NCBI GenBank assembly: GCA_035326505.1
Contig: DAOLFC010000001.1
Coordinates: forward strand, 5,592 to 69,591
Origin: Arachnia sp.
GTDB taxonomy: Bacteria > Actinomycetota > Actinomycetes > Propionibacteriales > Propionibacteriaceae
Direction of reading: 5' to 3'
Length of the DNA stretch: 64,000 bases
Position numbers and translations under genes: made by a program. Of the stretch, positions 26,353 through 35,995 are shown piece after piece (the first letter of the stretch is position 1; every line of letters begins with the position of its first letter). A model generated the notes under the pieces. It ran no database searches, was not told the origin of the DNA, and saw only the letters and a program-made list of their open reading frames with translations.

Positions 26353-29300
26353 CATTCGATCCCAGCCGGATTGCCGACCCCCGTTTCTTCGGCGAGAACC
26401 GTCTCGCCCCGCATTCCGATCACCGCTGGTTCGCCGACGCGGCGGAGGCGGCGACGGGGGAAAGCAGCTTCGAGAGCTGCCTGAACGGGCTGTGGAAGTT
26501 CCACTACGCCAAGAACCCGTCGCAGGTGCTGCCAGGCTTCGAGGCCGTCGACTACGACACGTCCGGCTGGGACGACATTCCGGTGCCCGCCCACATCCAG
26601 TTGCAGGGCTACGACCGCCCGCAGTACGTCAACGTCCAGTATCCCTGGGACGGGCAGGAGGACATCCGGCCCGGCCAGGTGCCGCAGCGCACGAACCCCG
26701 TCGGGTCCTATGTGACGCACTTCACGCTGGATCAGCCCCTGGCCGACGGCGAGCGGCTGAGCGTCTCCTTCCAGGGCGCCGAGAGCGCGATCGCGGTGTG
26801 GTGCAACGGCACCTACGTGGGCTACGGGGCCGACACCTTCACCCCGTCGGAGTTCGACCTCACCGAACTGGTGGTCGCGGGCGAGAACAAGCTCGCGGCG
26901 CAGGTCTTCACGTGGACCGCTGGGTCGTGGATCGAGGACCAGGACTTCTACCGCTTCTCCGGTCTCTTCCGCGATGTGATGCTCTACCGCCGCCCGGTGG
27001 CACACGTCGAGGACCTCCGCGTGACCACCGAGCTCGCGGACGACCTCGGCTCGGCCGTGGTGCGCCTCGATGTCGAACTGGTGGGCGAGGGCAGCGTGCG
27101 CGCCGCCATCGAGGGCGTGGGGGAGTTCACGCCGGCCGATGGCTCCCTGTCGCTCACCATCGATCGGCCCCGGCTGTGGAGCGGGGAGGACCCGCACCTG
27201 TATGCGCTCACCGTCGAGGTGTGCGACGCGGCCGGCGCCGTCGTCGAGGTGATCCCGCAGCGCGTCGGCGTGCGCCGGTTCGGGATCGAGGACGGCGTGC
27301 TCAAGATCAACGGGCAGCGCATCGTCTTCAACGGCGTCAACCGGCACGAGTTCGGGCTGCAGGGCCGCGTGATGACCCGCGAGCAGACCGAGGCCGACCT
27401 GCGGCTGATGAAGGCCGCCAACATCAACGCCGTGCGCACCAGCCACTACCCCAACAACTCCTTCCTCTACGAGCTGTGCGACGAGTACGGGCTCTACGTC
27501 ATCGACGAGATGAACCTCGAGTCGCACGGCATGTGGGACGCCTTGAAGGAGGAGCGGATCACGCTGGAGCAGATGGTTCCCGGCGACCTGCCCGAGTGGC
27601 GCGACGTGCTGCTCGATCGCGCCGCGAACATGCTGCAGCGCGACAAGAACCATGCCAGCATCGTGATGTGGTCCTGCGGGAACGAGTCCTACGGCGGCAC
27701 CAACATCCGCGACGTGGCCGCGTACTTCCGCGCGCAGGACACCCGGCCGGTGCATTACGAGGGCATCGCCTGGGATCCGCGCTACCCCGAGACCACCGAC
27801 GTCTACAGCCAGATGTACACCCCCGCGGCGGGGGTGGAGGAGTTCCTGCGGACCAACCGCGAGAAGCCCTTCGTCCTGTGCGAGTACGCCCACACCATGG
27901 GCAACTCCTTCGGCGCCGTCGATCGCTACATCGATCTGGCCTACCGGGAGCCGCTCTTCCAGGGCGGATTCATCTGGGACTTCTCGGATCAGGCGATCGC
28001 TCTCACCGACCGCCACGGCAAGGATTTCTTCGGCTATGGCGGCGACTGCGGGGAGCGCCCCACCGACTACGAGTTCAGCGCCAACGGCATCCTCTTCGCC
28101 GACCACACCCCCACCCCCATGCTTCAGGAGGTGAAGTTCGCCTACCGGCCGCTCGACGTCGTCGTGTCCCGGGACGGCTTCGAGGTGACCAACCGGTACC
28201 TCTTCACCCCCTCGTCTCAGGTGGACTGCGTGGTGAGCGTCTCGCGCGAGGGCGTGCTGCTGGCCGAGGAGAGCGTCGAGACCGATGTCGCGCCGGGGCA
28301 GCGCGTCCGCTTCGGGCTTCCGGTGAGCGTGCCGCAGGCCGCGGGCGAGTACGTCGTCGAGGTGTCCTTCCGGTTGAGGACGGCCACCCGGTGGGCCGCG
28401 GCGGGGCACGAGGTCGCCTTCGGGCAGGCCGTCGTCGCGGTGGAGGACGACGCGCCGCGTCGTCGCGCCCCGCGGCCCCAGGTGGTCGACGGGATCGTCA
28501 ACATCGGGGTCCACGGACGTCACTTCTCCGCGCTCTTCTCCCGGCTGTTCGGCGGCCTGGTGTCCTACCGGTACGGGAGCGCCCACGGCGGCGGCCGGGA
28601 GATGCTGCGCGCCATCCCCAAGCCCAACTTCTGGCACGCGCCCACCGACAACGAGAACGGCTGGGGGATGCCCGCGCGCGACGGCTTGTGGCTGCTGGCC
28701 AGCCGGTACGCGAAGCCGGCCAAGGACAGCCCGGAGCTGATCGTCGGGGAGGACGCGGTGGAGATCCGCTACGCCTACCTGCTGCCCAGCCAGCCCGCCA
28801 GCGAATGCACCCTCGCCTACCGCATCGACGGTGACGGCCGGATCGACGTGACCCTCACCCTCACCCCGGGCGACGGTCTGCCGGACGCTCCGGAGTTCGG
28901 TCTGCTGTTCACCGCGGACGCCGACCTGCACCGCCTCACCTGGTACGGGGAGGGGCCGGAGGAGAGCTACGTCGACCGGCGGCTCGGGGCCAAGCTCGGG
29001 GTGTACCGGAGCGAGGTCGCGGAGCAGCTGACGCCGTATGTGCGCCCGCAGGAGGCCGGGAACCACACCGGAGTCCGCTGGGCGACGGTGACCGACACCC
29101 AGGGCTGGGGTCTGCGCTTCGAATGCGACGGTGGGATGGAGTTCTCGGCGCTGCCCTGGACCCCGTTCGAGGTCGAGAACGCGCTGCACCCCGTCGACCT
29201 GCCGCCCATCCAGCGCACCGTCCTGCGCCCGGCGCTGATGCGCCGCGGCGTGGCGGGGGACGACTCCTGGGGCGCGCAGACCCACCCGGAGTACCGCCTC

Positions 29301-29357
29301 CCGGAGGGCGAGGAACTGGTCTTCCGCTTCTCCTTCCAAGGCACCCATACCCCCTGA
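26349..29357 (+). CDS. lacZ: beta-galactosidase, LacZ-type GH2
   Basis: 1002 aa; ATG overlaps the upstream stop (ATGA); NAVRTSHYPN, WSCGNESYGG, CEYAHTMGNS, GGFIWDFSDQ, C-terminal small-chain-like domain. Confidence 0.9.
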   Translation: MTFDPSRIADPRFFGENRLAPHSDHRWFADAAEAATGESSFESCLNGLWKFHYAKNPSQVLPGFEAVDYDTSGWDDIPVPAHIQLQGYDRPQYVNVQYPWDGQEDIRPGQVPQRTNPVGSYVTHFTLDQPLADGERLSVSFQGAESAIAVWCNGTYVGYGADTFTPSEFDLTELVVAGENKLAAQVFTWTAGSWIEDQDFYRFSGLFRDVMLYRRPVAHVEDLRVTTELADDLGSAVVRLDVELVGEGSVRAAIEGVGEFTPADGSLSLTIDRPRLWSGEDPHLYALTVEVCDAAGAVVEVIPQRVGVRRFGIEDGVLKINGQRIVFNGVNRHEFGLQGRVMTREQTEADLRLMKAANINAVRTSHYPNNSFLYELCDEYGLYVIDEMNLESHGMWDALKEERITLEQMVPGDLPEWRDVLLDRAANMLQRDKNHASIVMWSCGNESYGGTNIRDVAAYFRAQDTRPVHYEGIAWDPRYPETTDVYSQMYTPAAGVEEFLRTNREKPFVLCEYAHTMGNSFGAVDRYIDLAYREPLFQGGFIWDFSDQAIALTDRHGKDFFGYGGDCGERPTDYEFSANGILFADHTPTPMLQEVKFAYRPLDVVVSRDGFEVTNRYLFTPSSQVDCVVSVSREGVLLAEESVETDVAPGQRVRFGLPVSVPQAAGEYVVEVSFRLRTATRWAAAGHEVAFGQAVVAVEDDAPRRRAPRPQVVDGIVNIGVHGRHFSALFSRLFGGLVSYRYGSAHGGGREMLRAIPKPNFWHAPTDNENGWGMPARDGLWLLASRYAKPAKDSPELIVGEDAVEIRYAYLLPSQPASECTLAYRIDGDGRIDVTLTLTPGDGLPDAPEFGLLFTADADLHRLTWYGEGPEESYVDRRLGAKLGVYRSEVAEQLTPYVRPQEAGNHTGVRWATVTDTQGWGLRFECDGGMEFSALPWTPFEVENALHPVDLPPIQRTVLRPALMRRGVAGDDSWGAQTHPEYRLPEGEELVFRFSFQGTHTP

Positions 29358-29364
29358 GTCGACC

Positions 29365-29406
29365 CTCCTCCCCTTGACGCTCCTTGAGGAGCGTCAAGGG
29401 GAGGAG
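29365..29406. terminator. 42-nt near-perfect palindrome after lacZ (terminator; also a member of palindrome family 2)
   Basis: ctcctccccttgacgctcc ttga ggagcgtcaaggggaggag; core CGCTCCTTGAGGAGCG recurs (inverted) at 44759 and 44891. Confidence 0.6.
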
Positions 29407-29467
29407 TGGCGACCCCGGGAGCGTCGCCGGAGCGGTGTCGGCGTCGCCGGGTAGGGTATCCGTCGAG

Positions 29468-31888
29468 ATGTCTGATTCCCTCTTTCCCGATCTGTTCGCC
29501 GTGTTCGCGCCCGCGCCCGACGAGATGCCGCCACCCCCGCCGTCCGGCTTCGCGGACGCGCCCGCGCCCGCGTCGAGGCGGATCACCGAGGAACAGCTCC
29601 TGGAGGGGCTGAACCCGCCGCAGCGCCAGGCGGTGCTGCATGCGGGGTCGCCGGTGCTGGTCGTCGCGGGGGCGGGCTCGGGAAAGACCCGGGTGCTGAC
29701 CCGCAGGATTGCCCATCTCGTCTCGCAGCGCGACGTGCATCCGGGCTCGATCCTGGCGATCACCTTCACCAACAAGGCGGCGGCCGAGATGCGCGAGCGG
29801 GTGGTCGACCTGGTGGGCAACCGGGCCAAGCTGATGTGGGTCTCCACCTTCCATTCGGCCTGCGTGCGCATCCTGCGCAGCGACATCGACCGCTTCGGCA
29901 TGGCGAAGTCGTTCTCGATCTACGACGACGCCGACTCCAAGCGCCTGATGTCGCTGGTGCTGCGCGACCAGGAGGTGGACCCCAAGAAGTACCCGGTGCG
30001 GGCGGTGATGAACGCCGTGGGGAACTTCAAGAACGAGCTGATCGACTTCGAGACGGCGGCGAACCAGGCGAAGACGCCGCAGCAGAAGGTCCATGCCGAG
30101 GCCTACCGCGACTATCAGACCCGCCTGAGCGCCGCCCACGCGCTGGACTTCGACGACCTGATCATGACCACCGTCAACCTGTTCCAGGCCTTCCCCGACG
30201 TGCGGGAGAAGTACCGGCGCCGCTTCCGGCATGTGCTCGTCGACGAGTACCAGGACACCAACACCGCGCAGTACGTTCTGATCCGGGAGCTCTGCGGCGA
30301 CGTCTCCGCCGAGCTGCCCCCGGGCACGCCGGTGGTGGAACCGGCGGAGTTGATGGTGGTCGGCGACTCCGACCAGTCGATCTACGCCTTCCGGGGAGCG
30401 ACGATCCGCAACATCCTCGACTTCGAGCAGGACTTCCCCGGCGCCACGACGGTGGTGCTGGACCAGAACTACCGCTCCACCCAGCACGTCCTGACTGCCG
30501 CCAACGCGGTGATCTCGCGCAACAAGGGGCGGCGGGAGAAGCGGCTCTGGAGCGACCTCGGCGAGGGCGACCTCATCGTCGGCTGGGTGGCCGACACCGA
30601 GCAGGACGAGGCCCAGTTCGTCGCGACGGAGATCGACGCGCTGATGGACAAGGGCGTCTCGACCTATGGCGACACCGCGGTGTTCTACCGCACCAACGCG
30701 CAGTCGCGTGCCTTCGAGGAGGTGTTCATCCGGGTCGGGATGCCGTACAAGGTGGTGGGCGGCGTGCGGTTCTACGAGCGACGCGAGATCCGCGACGCCA
30801 TCGCCTACCTGCGCGCCCTGGTGAATCCCGCTGACGACGTGTCGGTGCGCCGGATCCTGAACGTGCCCAAACGCGGCATCGGGGCTCGGGCGGAGGCGGC
30901 CGTCGCCGGCCTCGCCGCGGCGGAACGGATTCCCTTCTTCGAGGCGCTGGAGCGTGCGGAGCCGGGCCCGGGCCTGACCACCCGGTCGCTGAACCAGATC
31001 CGTGCCTTCGTCGACGTGATCAACCTGCACCGCGCCATGGTGGCGGGCGGCGTCTCCGCCGACGAGGTGCTCACGTCGATCCTGAAGGAGTCCGGCTACC
31101 TTCCCGAACTGGAGGCCTCCACGGACCCGCAGGATCTGACCCGGATCGAGAACCTGATCGAGCTGGTCGCGGTGGCGCAGGAGTTCGTGGCGACGGCCAC
31201 CACCGTCGATCTCGACGAGGAGGGCGCCTCCGGCCTGGCGGCCGGGATGCCGGAGCCCGACGACTCCCTGGCGGCCTTCCTGGAGCGCATCGCCCTGGTG
31301 GCCGACTCCGATCAGGTGCCCGAGCACGAGGAGGGGGCCGGCGTCGTCACGCTGATGACCCTGCACACGGCCAAGGGCCTGGAGTTCGACACGGTCTTCC
31401 TCACCGGGATGGAGGAGGGCATCTTCCCGCACATGCGCGCGATGACGGATCCCCGCGAGCTGGAGGAGGAGCGTCGCCTGGCCTACGTCGGCATCACTCG
31501 CGCCCGCAAGCGGCTGCACCTCAGCCGCAGCGCCGTGCGGGTGATCTTCGGCCAGCCCGCCTACAACCCCGCTTCTCGCTTCCTCGACGAGATCCCCGGC
31601 CATGTGATGGACTGGCGCCGCACCGGCGCCGCCACCACGACGTGGGCCAGCTCGTCGGCCACCCGCAACCGGCTCACCAGCTCCGCGGTGCAGAGCTTCG
31701 GCCAGGCCGCCGCGGCCAAGCGGGTGCCGTCGGTGGTGACCGGGGATCGGGTGCTGCACGCCACCTTCGGGATGGGCACGGTGATCGCCGTCGACGGCGT
31801 CGGCGACGCGACCAAGGCCGATGTGGACTTCGGGTCCGCGGGCACCAAACGGCTGAGCCTGAAGCACGCCCCGCTCGAGAAGCTCTAG
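29468..31888 (+). CDS. pcrA: ATP-dependent DNA helicase PcrA/UvrD1
   Basis: 806 aa from ATG 29468; AGAGSGKT, VDEYQDTN, TLHTAKGLEFD, YVGITRAR. Confidence 0.9.
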   Translation: MSDSLFPDLFAVFAPAPDEMPPPPPSGFADAPAPASRRITEEQLLEGLNPPQRQAVLHAGSPVLVVAGAGSGKTRVLTRRIAHLVSQRDVHPGSILAITFTNKAAAEMRERVVDLVGNRAKLMWVSTFHSACVRILRSDIDRFGMAKSFSIYDDADSKRLMSLVLRDQEVDPKKYPVRAVMNAVGNFKNELIDFETAANQAKTPQQKVHAEAYRDYQTRLSAAHALDFDDLIMTTVNLFQAFPDVREKYRRRFRHVLVDEYQDTNTAQYVLIRELCGDVSAELPPGTPVVEPAELMVVGDSDQSIYAFRGATIRNILDFEQDFPGATTVVLDQNYRSTQHVLTAANAVISRNKGRREKRLWSDLGEGDLIVGWVADTEQDEAQFVATEIDALMDKGVSTYGDTAVFYRTNAQSRAFEEVFIRVGMPYKVVGGVRFYERREIRDAIAYLRALVNPADDVSVRRILNVPKRGIGARAEAAVAGLAAAERIPFFEALERAEPGPGLTTRSLNQIRAFVDVINLHRAMVAGGVSADEVLTSILKESGYLPELEASTDPQDLTRIENLIELVAVAQEFVATATTVDLDEEGASGLAAGMPEPDDSLAAFLERIALVADSDQVPEHEEGAGVVTLMTLHTAKGLEFDTVFLTGMEEGIFPHMRAMTDPRELEEERRLAYVGITRARKRLHLSRSAVRVIFGQPAYNPASRFLDEIPGHVMDWRRTGAATTTWASSSATRNRLTSSAVQSFGQAAAAKRVPSVVTGDRVLHATFGMGTVIAVDGVGDATKADVDFGSAGTKRLSLKHAPLEKL

Positions 31889-31889
31889 C

Positions 31890-31933
31890 GCAGATGAAAA
31901 ATGCCGCCCGGCCGGGCGGCATTTTTCATCTGC
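31890..31933. terminator. bidirectional intrinsic terminator (44-nt perfect palindrome)
   Basis: gcagatgaaaaatgccgcccgg|ccgggcggcatttttcatctgc; the GC stem is flanked by A5/T5 on both strands, between convergent pcrA and the M23 gene. Confidence 0.75.
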
Positions 31934-31946
31934 GGAGGGGAAGGGC

Positions 31947-32957
31947 TCAGCCGCCGATCCCCTTGGTGCGGAGGAACTCCATGGGATCCGACGCGCTGTA
32001 GACGTCGCCGGGGGTGGTGCCGTTCTTGTAGTACTCGAAGTGCAGGTGGGCGCCGAAGGAGCGGCCGGTGGTGCCGACGTAGCCGATCAGCTGGCCGGGC
32101 TCCACGGCGTCGCCGGGGCTGACCACGCGGCTGGACAGGTGGGCGTACAGGGTGGCTCCGGTGTCGTGCTGGATGACGACGTTGGTGCCGGCCCAGCTGG
32201 CGTCGGTGGGGCTGAGCACGATTCCGGCGGCGGCGGCGTAGACCGCGGTGCCGACGGGGGCGGGGAAGTCCTGGCCGGTGTGGTAGCGGGCCCAGACGCC
32301 GGTCTTGCCGAAGTACGCGCCGACGCGGTAGTTGTCCTTGATCGGCATGGAGCCGCCCGCGGTGGCGAGGCGCTGGATCTCCTCGTCGCTCATGCCGGAG
32401 GTGGAGATGCCGTTGCTCTCGACGATGCGCCGGGCCTCGGCGAGCCGTGCGGCGGCTTCCTCGGCCTCCTTCTTCAGCTTCTCGGACTGGGCCTCGACGA
32501 GCTTGAGGTCGGCGTCCATCAGCGCGATGCGCTCGGCGGTGGTCTCCTCGGTGACGGCCTGGGCGACCTGGTCGGCGGCCTGCTGGAGGTCTTGATCGCG
32601 GCTCTTCATGCTCTGCTCGGCGACGGCCTCGTTCAGGCCTTCGCGCACGGCGTTGCGGGAGACGTCCTCGGAGCGATCGACGAAGCCCTCCTGGGCGGCT
32701 TGGGCCGCGGCGGCTGGGACGGCGGCGGAGGTTCCTTCGCCGGAGAACTGGTTGGCGTAGCTGGTGCGCGCGTTGAAGGCGTATCCGAACAGCGCGCTGA
32801 CGGCGATGGCTCCTGCCAGCGTCACAGCGATGGTGGTCTTGCGCAGCTGGAAGCGGGGACGACGGGATCCGGCCGGGGTCGGAGAACCGATGGTCTCGAC
32901 AACCTCTTGGACAGGCTCCGTGCTGCGGCTTGACGAGCCATGCGTGGGGTCGGTCAC
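31947..32957 (-). CDS. M23/LytM-family peptidoglycan metalloendopeptidase
   Basis: 336 aa; GTG start after GAGGAG; TM plus coiled-coil region; HTGQDFPAPVGT and GAHLHFEY. Confidence 0.85.
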   Translation of the reverse strand: MTDPTHGSSSRSTEPVQEVVETIGSPTPAGSRRPRFQLRKTTIAVTLAGAIAVSALFGYAFNARTSYANQFSGEGTSAAVPAAAAQAAQEGFVDRSEDVSRNAVREGLNEAVAEQSMKSRDQDLQQAADQVAQAVTEETTAERIALMDADLKLVEAQSEKLKKEAEEAAARLAEARRIVESNGISTSGMSDEEIQRLATAGGSMPIKDNYRVGAYFGKTGVWARYHTGQDFPAPVGTAVYAAAAGIVLSPTDASWAGTNVVIQHDTGATLYAHLSSRVVSPGDAVEPGQLIGYVGTTGRSFGAHLHFEYYKNGTTPGDVYSASDPMEFLRTKGIGG

Positions 32958-33167
32958 CGTGCTCCTCGGGGGTTAGCTGATTGCAACGATTGGAACCTTA
33001 GCATTTCTCAGGAAGCTCTCAAAAACGGGGGTCGCGTTGTCCACAGCTCCTGCGCGGACGGCGCGTTCGAGGGCGTGCGGGCGTGTCGTCTCATCGCGGA
33101 ATCACCCGCCAAAGGTACTCCTGTTGCGAGTACTGTGTCGGGGAAACCAATACGGAAGGGGATCGTT

Positions 33168-34343
33168 GTGGACCTCCTGGAGTACCAGGCGCGCGACCTG
33201 TTCGAGAGATACGGCGTGCCGGTGCTGGCCGGCCGCGTCGCCACCACACCGGAAGAGGCGCGCGATGCCTATCTGCAGCTCGGCGGCGAGGTCGTCGTGG
33301 TGAAGGCTCAGGTGCGCGTGGGGGGGCGCGGAAAGGCGGGCGGCGTGAAGCTGGCGCGCAGCGCCGACGAGGCCGAGGCCGTCGCGAGGGACATCCTGGC
33401 TCTCACCATCAAGGGGCATGAGGTGGACACCGTGATGGTGAGCCCCGGGGCCGACATCGCCGAGGAATACTACTTCTCGATCCTGCTCGACCGGACGCTG
33501 GGCGGCTTCATCGCCATGTGCAGCCGCGAGGGCGGCATGGACATCGAGGCCCTGGCCGTGGAGCGCCCCGAGGCGCTGGTGAAGATGCCGCTGGACCCCG
33601 TCATCGGCGTCAACGAGGCGGTGGCGAAGCACATCCTGGACGAGGCCGGCTTCGACCCGACGCGTCGCGCAGCCGTCGCCCCGGTGCTGATGACCCTGTG
33701 GCGGACCTTCCAGGAGTCGGATGCGACGCTGGTGGAGGTGAATCCGCTGGTCGCGACGGGGGACGGCGCCATCCTGGCTCTTGACGGCAAGGTCACCCTG
33801 GACGAGAACGCCGAGTACCGGCACGACGACTGGGAGGCCTATCACGCGGCCTCCGGAGCCGTGGAACTGGAACAGCAGGCCCGCGAGCTGGATCTCAACT
33901 ATGTGAAGCTCGACGGTTCCGTCGGCGTCATCGGCAACGGGGCGGGCCTGGTCATGAGCACCTTGGATGTCGTGGCCGCGGCGGGCAGGGACCTCCCCGG
34001 GCAGCCGCGCCCGGCGAACTTCCTGGACATCGGCGGCGGCGCGTCGGCCGCGGTGATGGCCAACGGCCTGCGGATCATCATGAGCGACCCGCAGGTGCGC
34101 GTCGTCTTCGTCAACGTCTTCGGCGGCATCACCGCCTGCAACGACGTCGCCAACGGCATCGTCCAGGCGCTGCGGATGCTGGGCGACGAGGCCAGGCTGC
34201 CGATCGTCGTGCGGCTGGACGGCAACTCGGTCGAGGTGGGCAAGGCCATCCTCGAGGAGGAGAGCCATCCGCTGATCACCCTGGCCACCACCATGGACGA
34301 GGCCGCGCGCACCGCGGCCAAGCTGGCGAGCGAGAAGAACTGA
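33168..34343 (+). CDS. sucC: succinyl-CoA synthetase beta subunit
   Basis: 391 aa from GTG 33168 (RBS GGAAGGGGA); MDLLEYQARDLFERYGVPV... Confidence 0.92.
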   Translation: MDLLEYQARDLFERYGVPVLAGRVATTPEEARDAYLQLGGEVVVVKAQVRVGGRGKAGGVKLARSADEAEAVARDILALTIKGHEVDTVMVSPGADIAEEYYFSILLDRTLGGFIAMCSREGGMDIEALAVERPEALVKMPLDPVIGVNEAVAKHILDEAGFDPTRRAAVAPVLMTLWRTFQESDATLVEVNPLVATGDGAILALDGKVTLDENAEYRHDDWEAYHAASGAVELEQQARELDLNYVKLDGSVGVIGNGAGLVMSTLDVVAAAGRDLPGQPRPANFLDIGGGASAAVMANGLRIIMSDPQVRVVFVNVFGGITACNDVANGIVQALRMLGDEARLPIVVRLDGNSVEVGKAILEEESHPLITLATTMDEAARTAAKLASEKN

Positions 34344-34352
34344 GGACGAGAG

Positions 34353-35249
34353 ATGGCTGTATTCATCAACGCAGGTTCCCGGATCCTCGTCCAGGGGATG
34401 ACCGGCAGGGAGGGGCGCAAGCACACCCAGCGCATGATCATGTCCGGCAGCCGCATCGTCGGTGGCATCACTCCCGGCAAGGGCGGCACCTCGGTGCTGT
34501 TCGAGGAGGATCCGGTGCCGGTGTTCGACTCCGTCGCCGAGGGCAAGGCGGCCACTGGGGCCAACGTGTCGGTGGTCTTCGTGCCCCCGAAGTTCGCCAA
34601 GGCGGCCGTGATGGAGGCCATCGACGCCGAGATGGAACTCGTGGTGGTGATCACCGAGGGCATCCCCGTGCATGACTCGGTGCAGTTCATCACCGAGGCC
34701 AAGCGCCGCGGCATCACCCGGATCATCGGCCCCAACTGCCCGGGCCTGATCTCGCCGGGGAAGTCCAACGCCGGCATCATTCCCGCCCACATCGCAGGCC
34801 CCGGTCGGTTCGGGCTGGTGTCGAAGTCGGGCACGCTGACCTACCAGATGATGTACGAGCTGCGCGATCACGGTTTCTCGACCGCGGTGGGCATCGGGGG
34901 CGACCCCGTCGTCGGGACCAAGCACATCGCCGCGCTGCAGGCCTTCCAGGACGATCCGGACACCGACGTGATCGTCATGATCGGCGAGATCGGCGGCGAC
35001 GCGGAGGAGCGCGCGGCGGCCTACATCAAGGAGCACATCACCAAGCCGGTGATCGGGTACGTGGCCGGTTTCACGGCCCCTCCCGGCAAGACGATGGGCC
35101 ACGCGGGCGCGATCATCACCGGATCGACGGGCACCGCCCAGGCGAAGAAGGAGGCCTTGGAGGCCGCCGGGGTGCGCGTCGGCGAGACCCCCTCGCAGAC
35201 CGCTTTGCTGGCCCGCGACGCCATCGCCTTGCTGCGCCGGGGCTGGTAG
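34353..35249 (+). CDS. sucD: succinyl-CoA synthetase alpha subunit
   Basis: 298 aa; SKSGTLTYQ and phospho-His loop MGHAGAII. Confidence 0.95.
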   Translation: MAVFINAGSRILVQGMTGREGRKHTQRMIMSGSRIVGGITPGKGGTSVLFEEDPVPVFDSVAEGKAATGANVSVVFVPPKFAKAAVMEAIDAEMELVVVITEGIPVHDSVQFITEAKRRGITRIIGPNCPGLISPGKSNAGIIPAHIAGPGRFGLVSKSGTLTYQMMYELRDHGFSTAVGIGGDPVVGTKHIAALQAFQDDPDTDVIVMIGEIGGDAEERAAAYIKEHITKPVIGYVAGFTAPPGKTMGHAGAIITGSTGTAQAKKEALEAAGVRVGETPSQTALLARDAIALLRRGW

Positions 35250-35284
35250 CCCGGAGTCGGGGCGATCCTCCTGAGGCCGGTGGA

Positions 35285-35299
35285 TACCAATTCTTGGTA
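35285..35299. promoter_or_regulatory. inverted repeat TACCAA-TTC-TTGGTA (candidate ParD autoregulatory operator)
   Basis: 6-bp arms with a 3-bp spacer, 11 nt upstream of the parD ATG in an AT-richer patch. Confidence 0.35.
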
Positions 35300-35309
35300 A
35301 CATCAGGGA

Positions 35310-35543
35310 ATGGCGCAGAACACTTCGATCAGCTTGGATGACCATTTCTCGGACTTCCTTTCTCGGGAGGTCTCGTCGGGCCGCTACCGGTCTGCGAGCG
35401 AGGTCGTCCGCGCCGGGCTTCGGTTGCTGGAGGACCAGGAGACGCAGCTGGCGGCTTTGCGTGCCGCTCTTGTTGTCGGAGAACAAAGCGGGGCGCCTGA
35501 GTCCTTCGACTTCGACGCGTTCATCGCGGCGAAGAAGTCGTGA
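35310..35543 (+). CDS. parD: ParD-family (RHH) antitoxin
   Basis: 77 aa; MAQNTSISLDDHFSDFLSREVSSGRYRSASEVVRAGLRLLEDQE is the typical ParD/COG3609 pattern. Confidence 0.85.
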   Translation: MAQNTSISLDDHFSDFLSREVSSGRYRSASEVVRAGLRLLEDQETQLAALRAALVVGEQSGAPESFDFDAFIAAKKS

Positions 35544-35830
35544 CGAACTACCGGCTCACGCGGGCCGCGCAGCGCGACCTCTCGTCGATCTGGGACTTCA
35601 CCGAAGAGCGCTGGGGTCTCCGCCAAGCCGAGAACTACGTGAACGAGATCAGGGCGGCGATTGAGCGTGTCGCTGTTGACCCCCGCCGTGGTCGCGCCTG
35701 CGACGACATCCGCGAGGGATACCGCCGGTACGGCATCGGCAGCCATCTCATCTTCTACGTGGAAAGCGCCGCCGGCGTTGACGTGGTCAGGATCCTGCAC
35801 CAGCGCATGGACCCGACCCGGCACCTCTGA
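35540..35830 (+). CDS. parE: ParE/RelE-family toxin
   Basis: 96 aa; GTG overlaps the parD stop (GTGA); ...YRLTRAAQRDLSSIWDFTEERWG...HLIFY...VVRILHQRMD. Confidence 0.85.
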   Translation: MTNYRLTRAAQRDLSSIWDFTEERWGLRQAENYVNEIRAAIERVAVDPRRGRACDDIREGYRRYGIGSHLIFYVESAAGVDVVRILHQRMDPTRHL

Positions 35831-35995
35831 ACGGCTTCGCCGGCCCGTAGCCCGGGGTGGTCGGGGGGTTCGGGGAATCCGACGGACGCGAGGGCTTGCT
35901 CTGGCGTCGATGCGGGGGCACTATCGTCGGCGTAGCTTCAAGAACCGCAGCTCGTCCCGTGCCCGCGGTGCCAACGGATCCCAGAGGGGTGATCG

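Noticed and set aside
32971-33110. c-di-AMP (ydaO-type) riboswitch upstream of the M23 cell-wall hydrolase: the minus strand contains UCAGCUAACC (forward 32971-32980) and GGCGGGUGAUUCC (forward 33098-33110), resembling conserved ydaO segments
   Set aside because: Only two short boxes match from memory. The CAGCUAACC box lies downstream of the hairpin/U5 element instead of inside an aptamer preceding it. The other conserved segments (the GGGGACCC-type box and the P1 CGCU/AGCG closure) were not found, and the available leader would overlap the sucC start. An Infernal RF00379 scan is needed before any claim.
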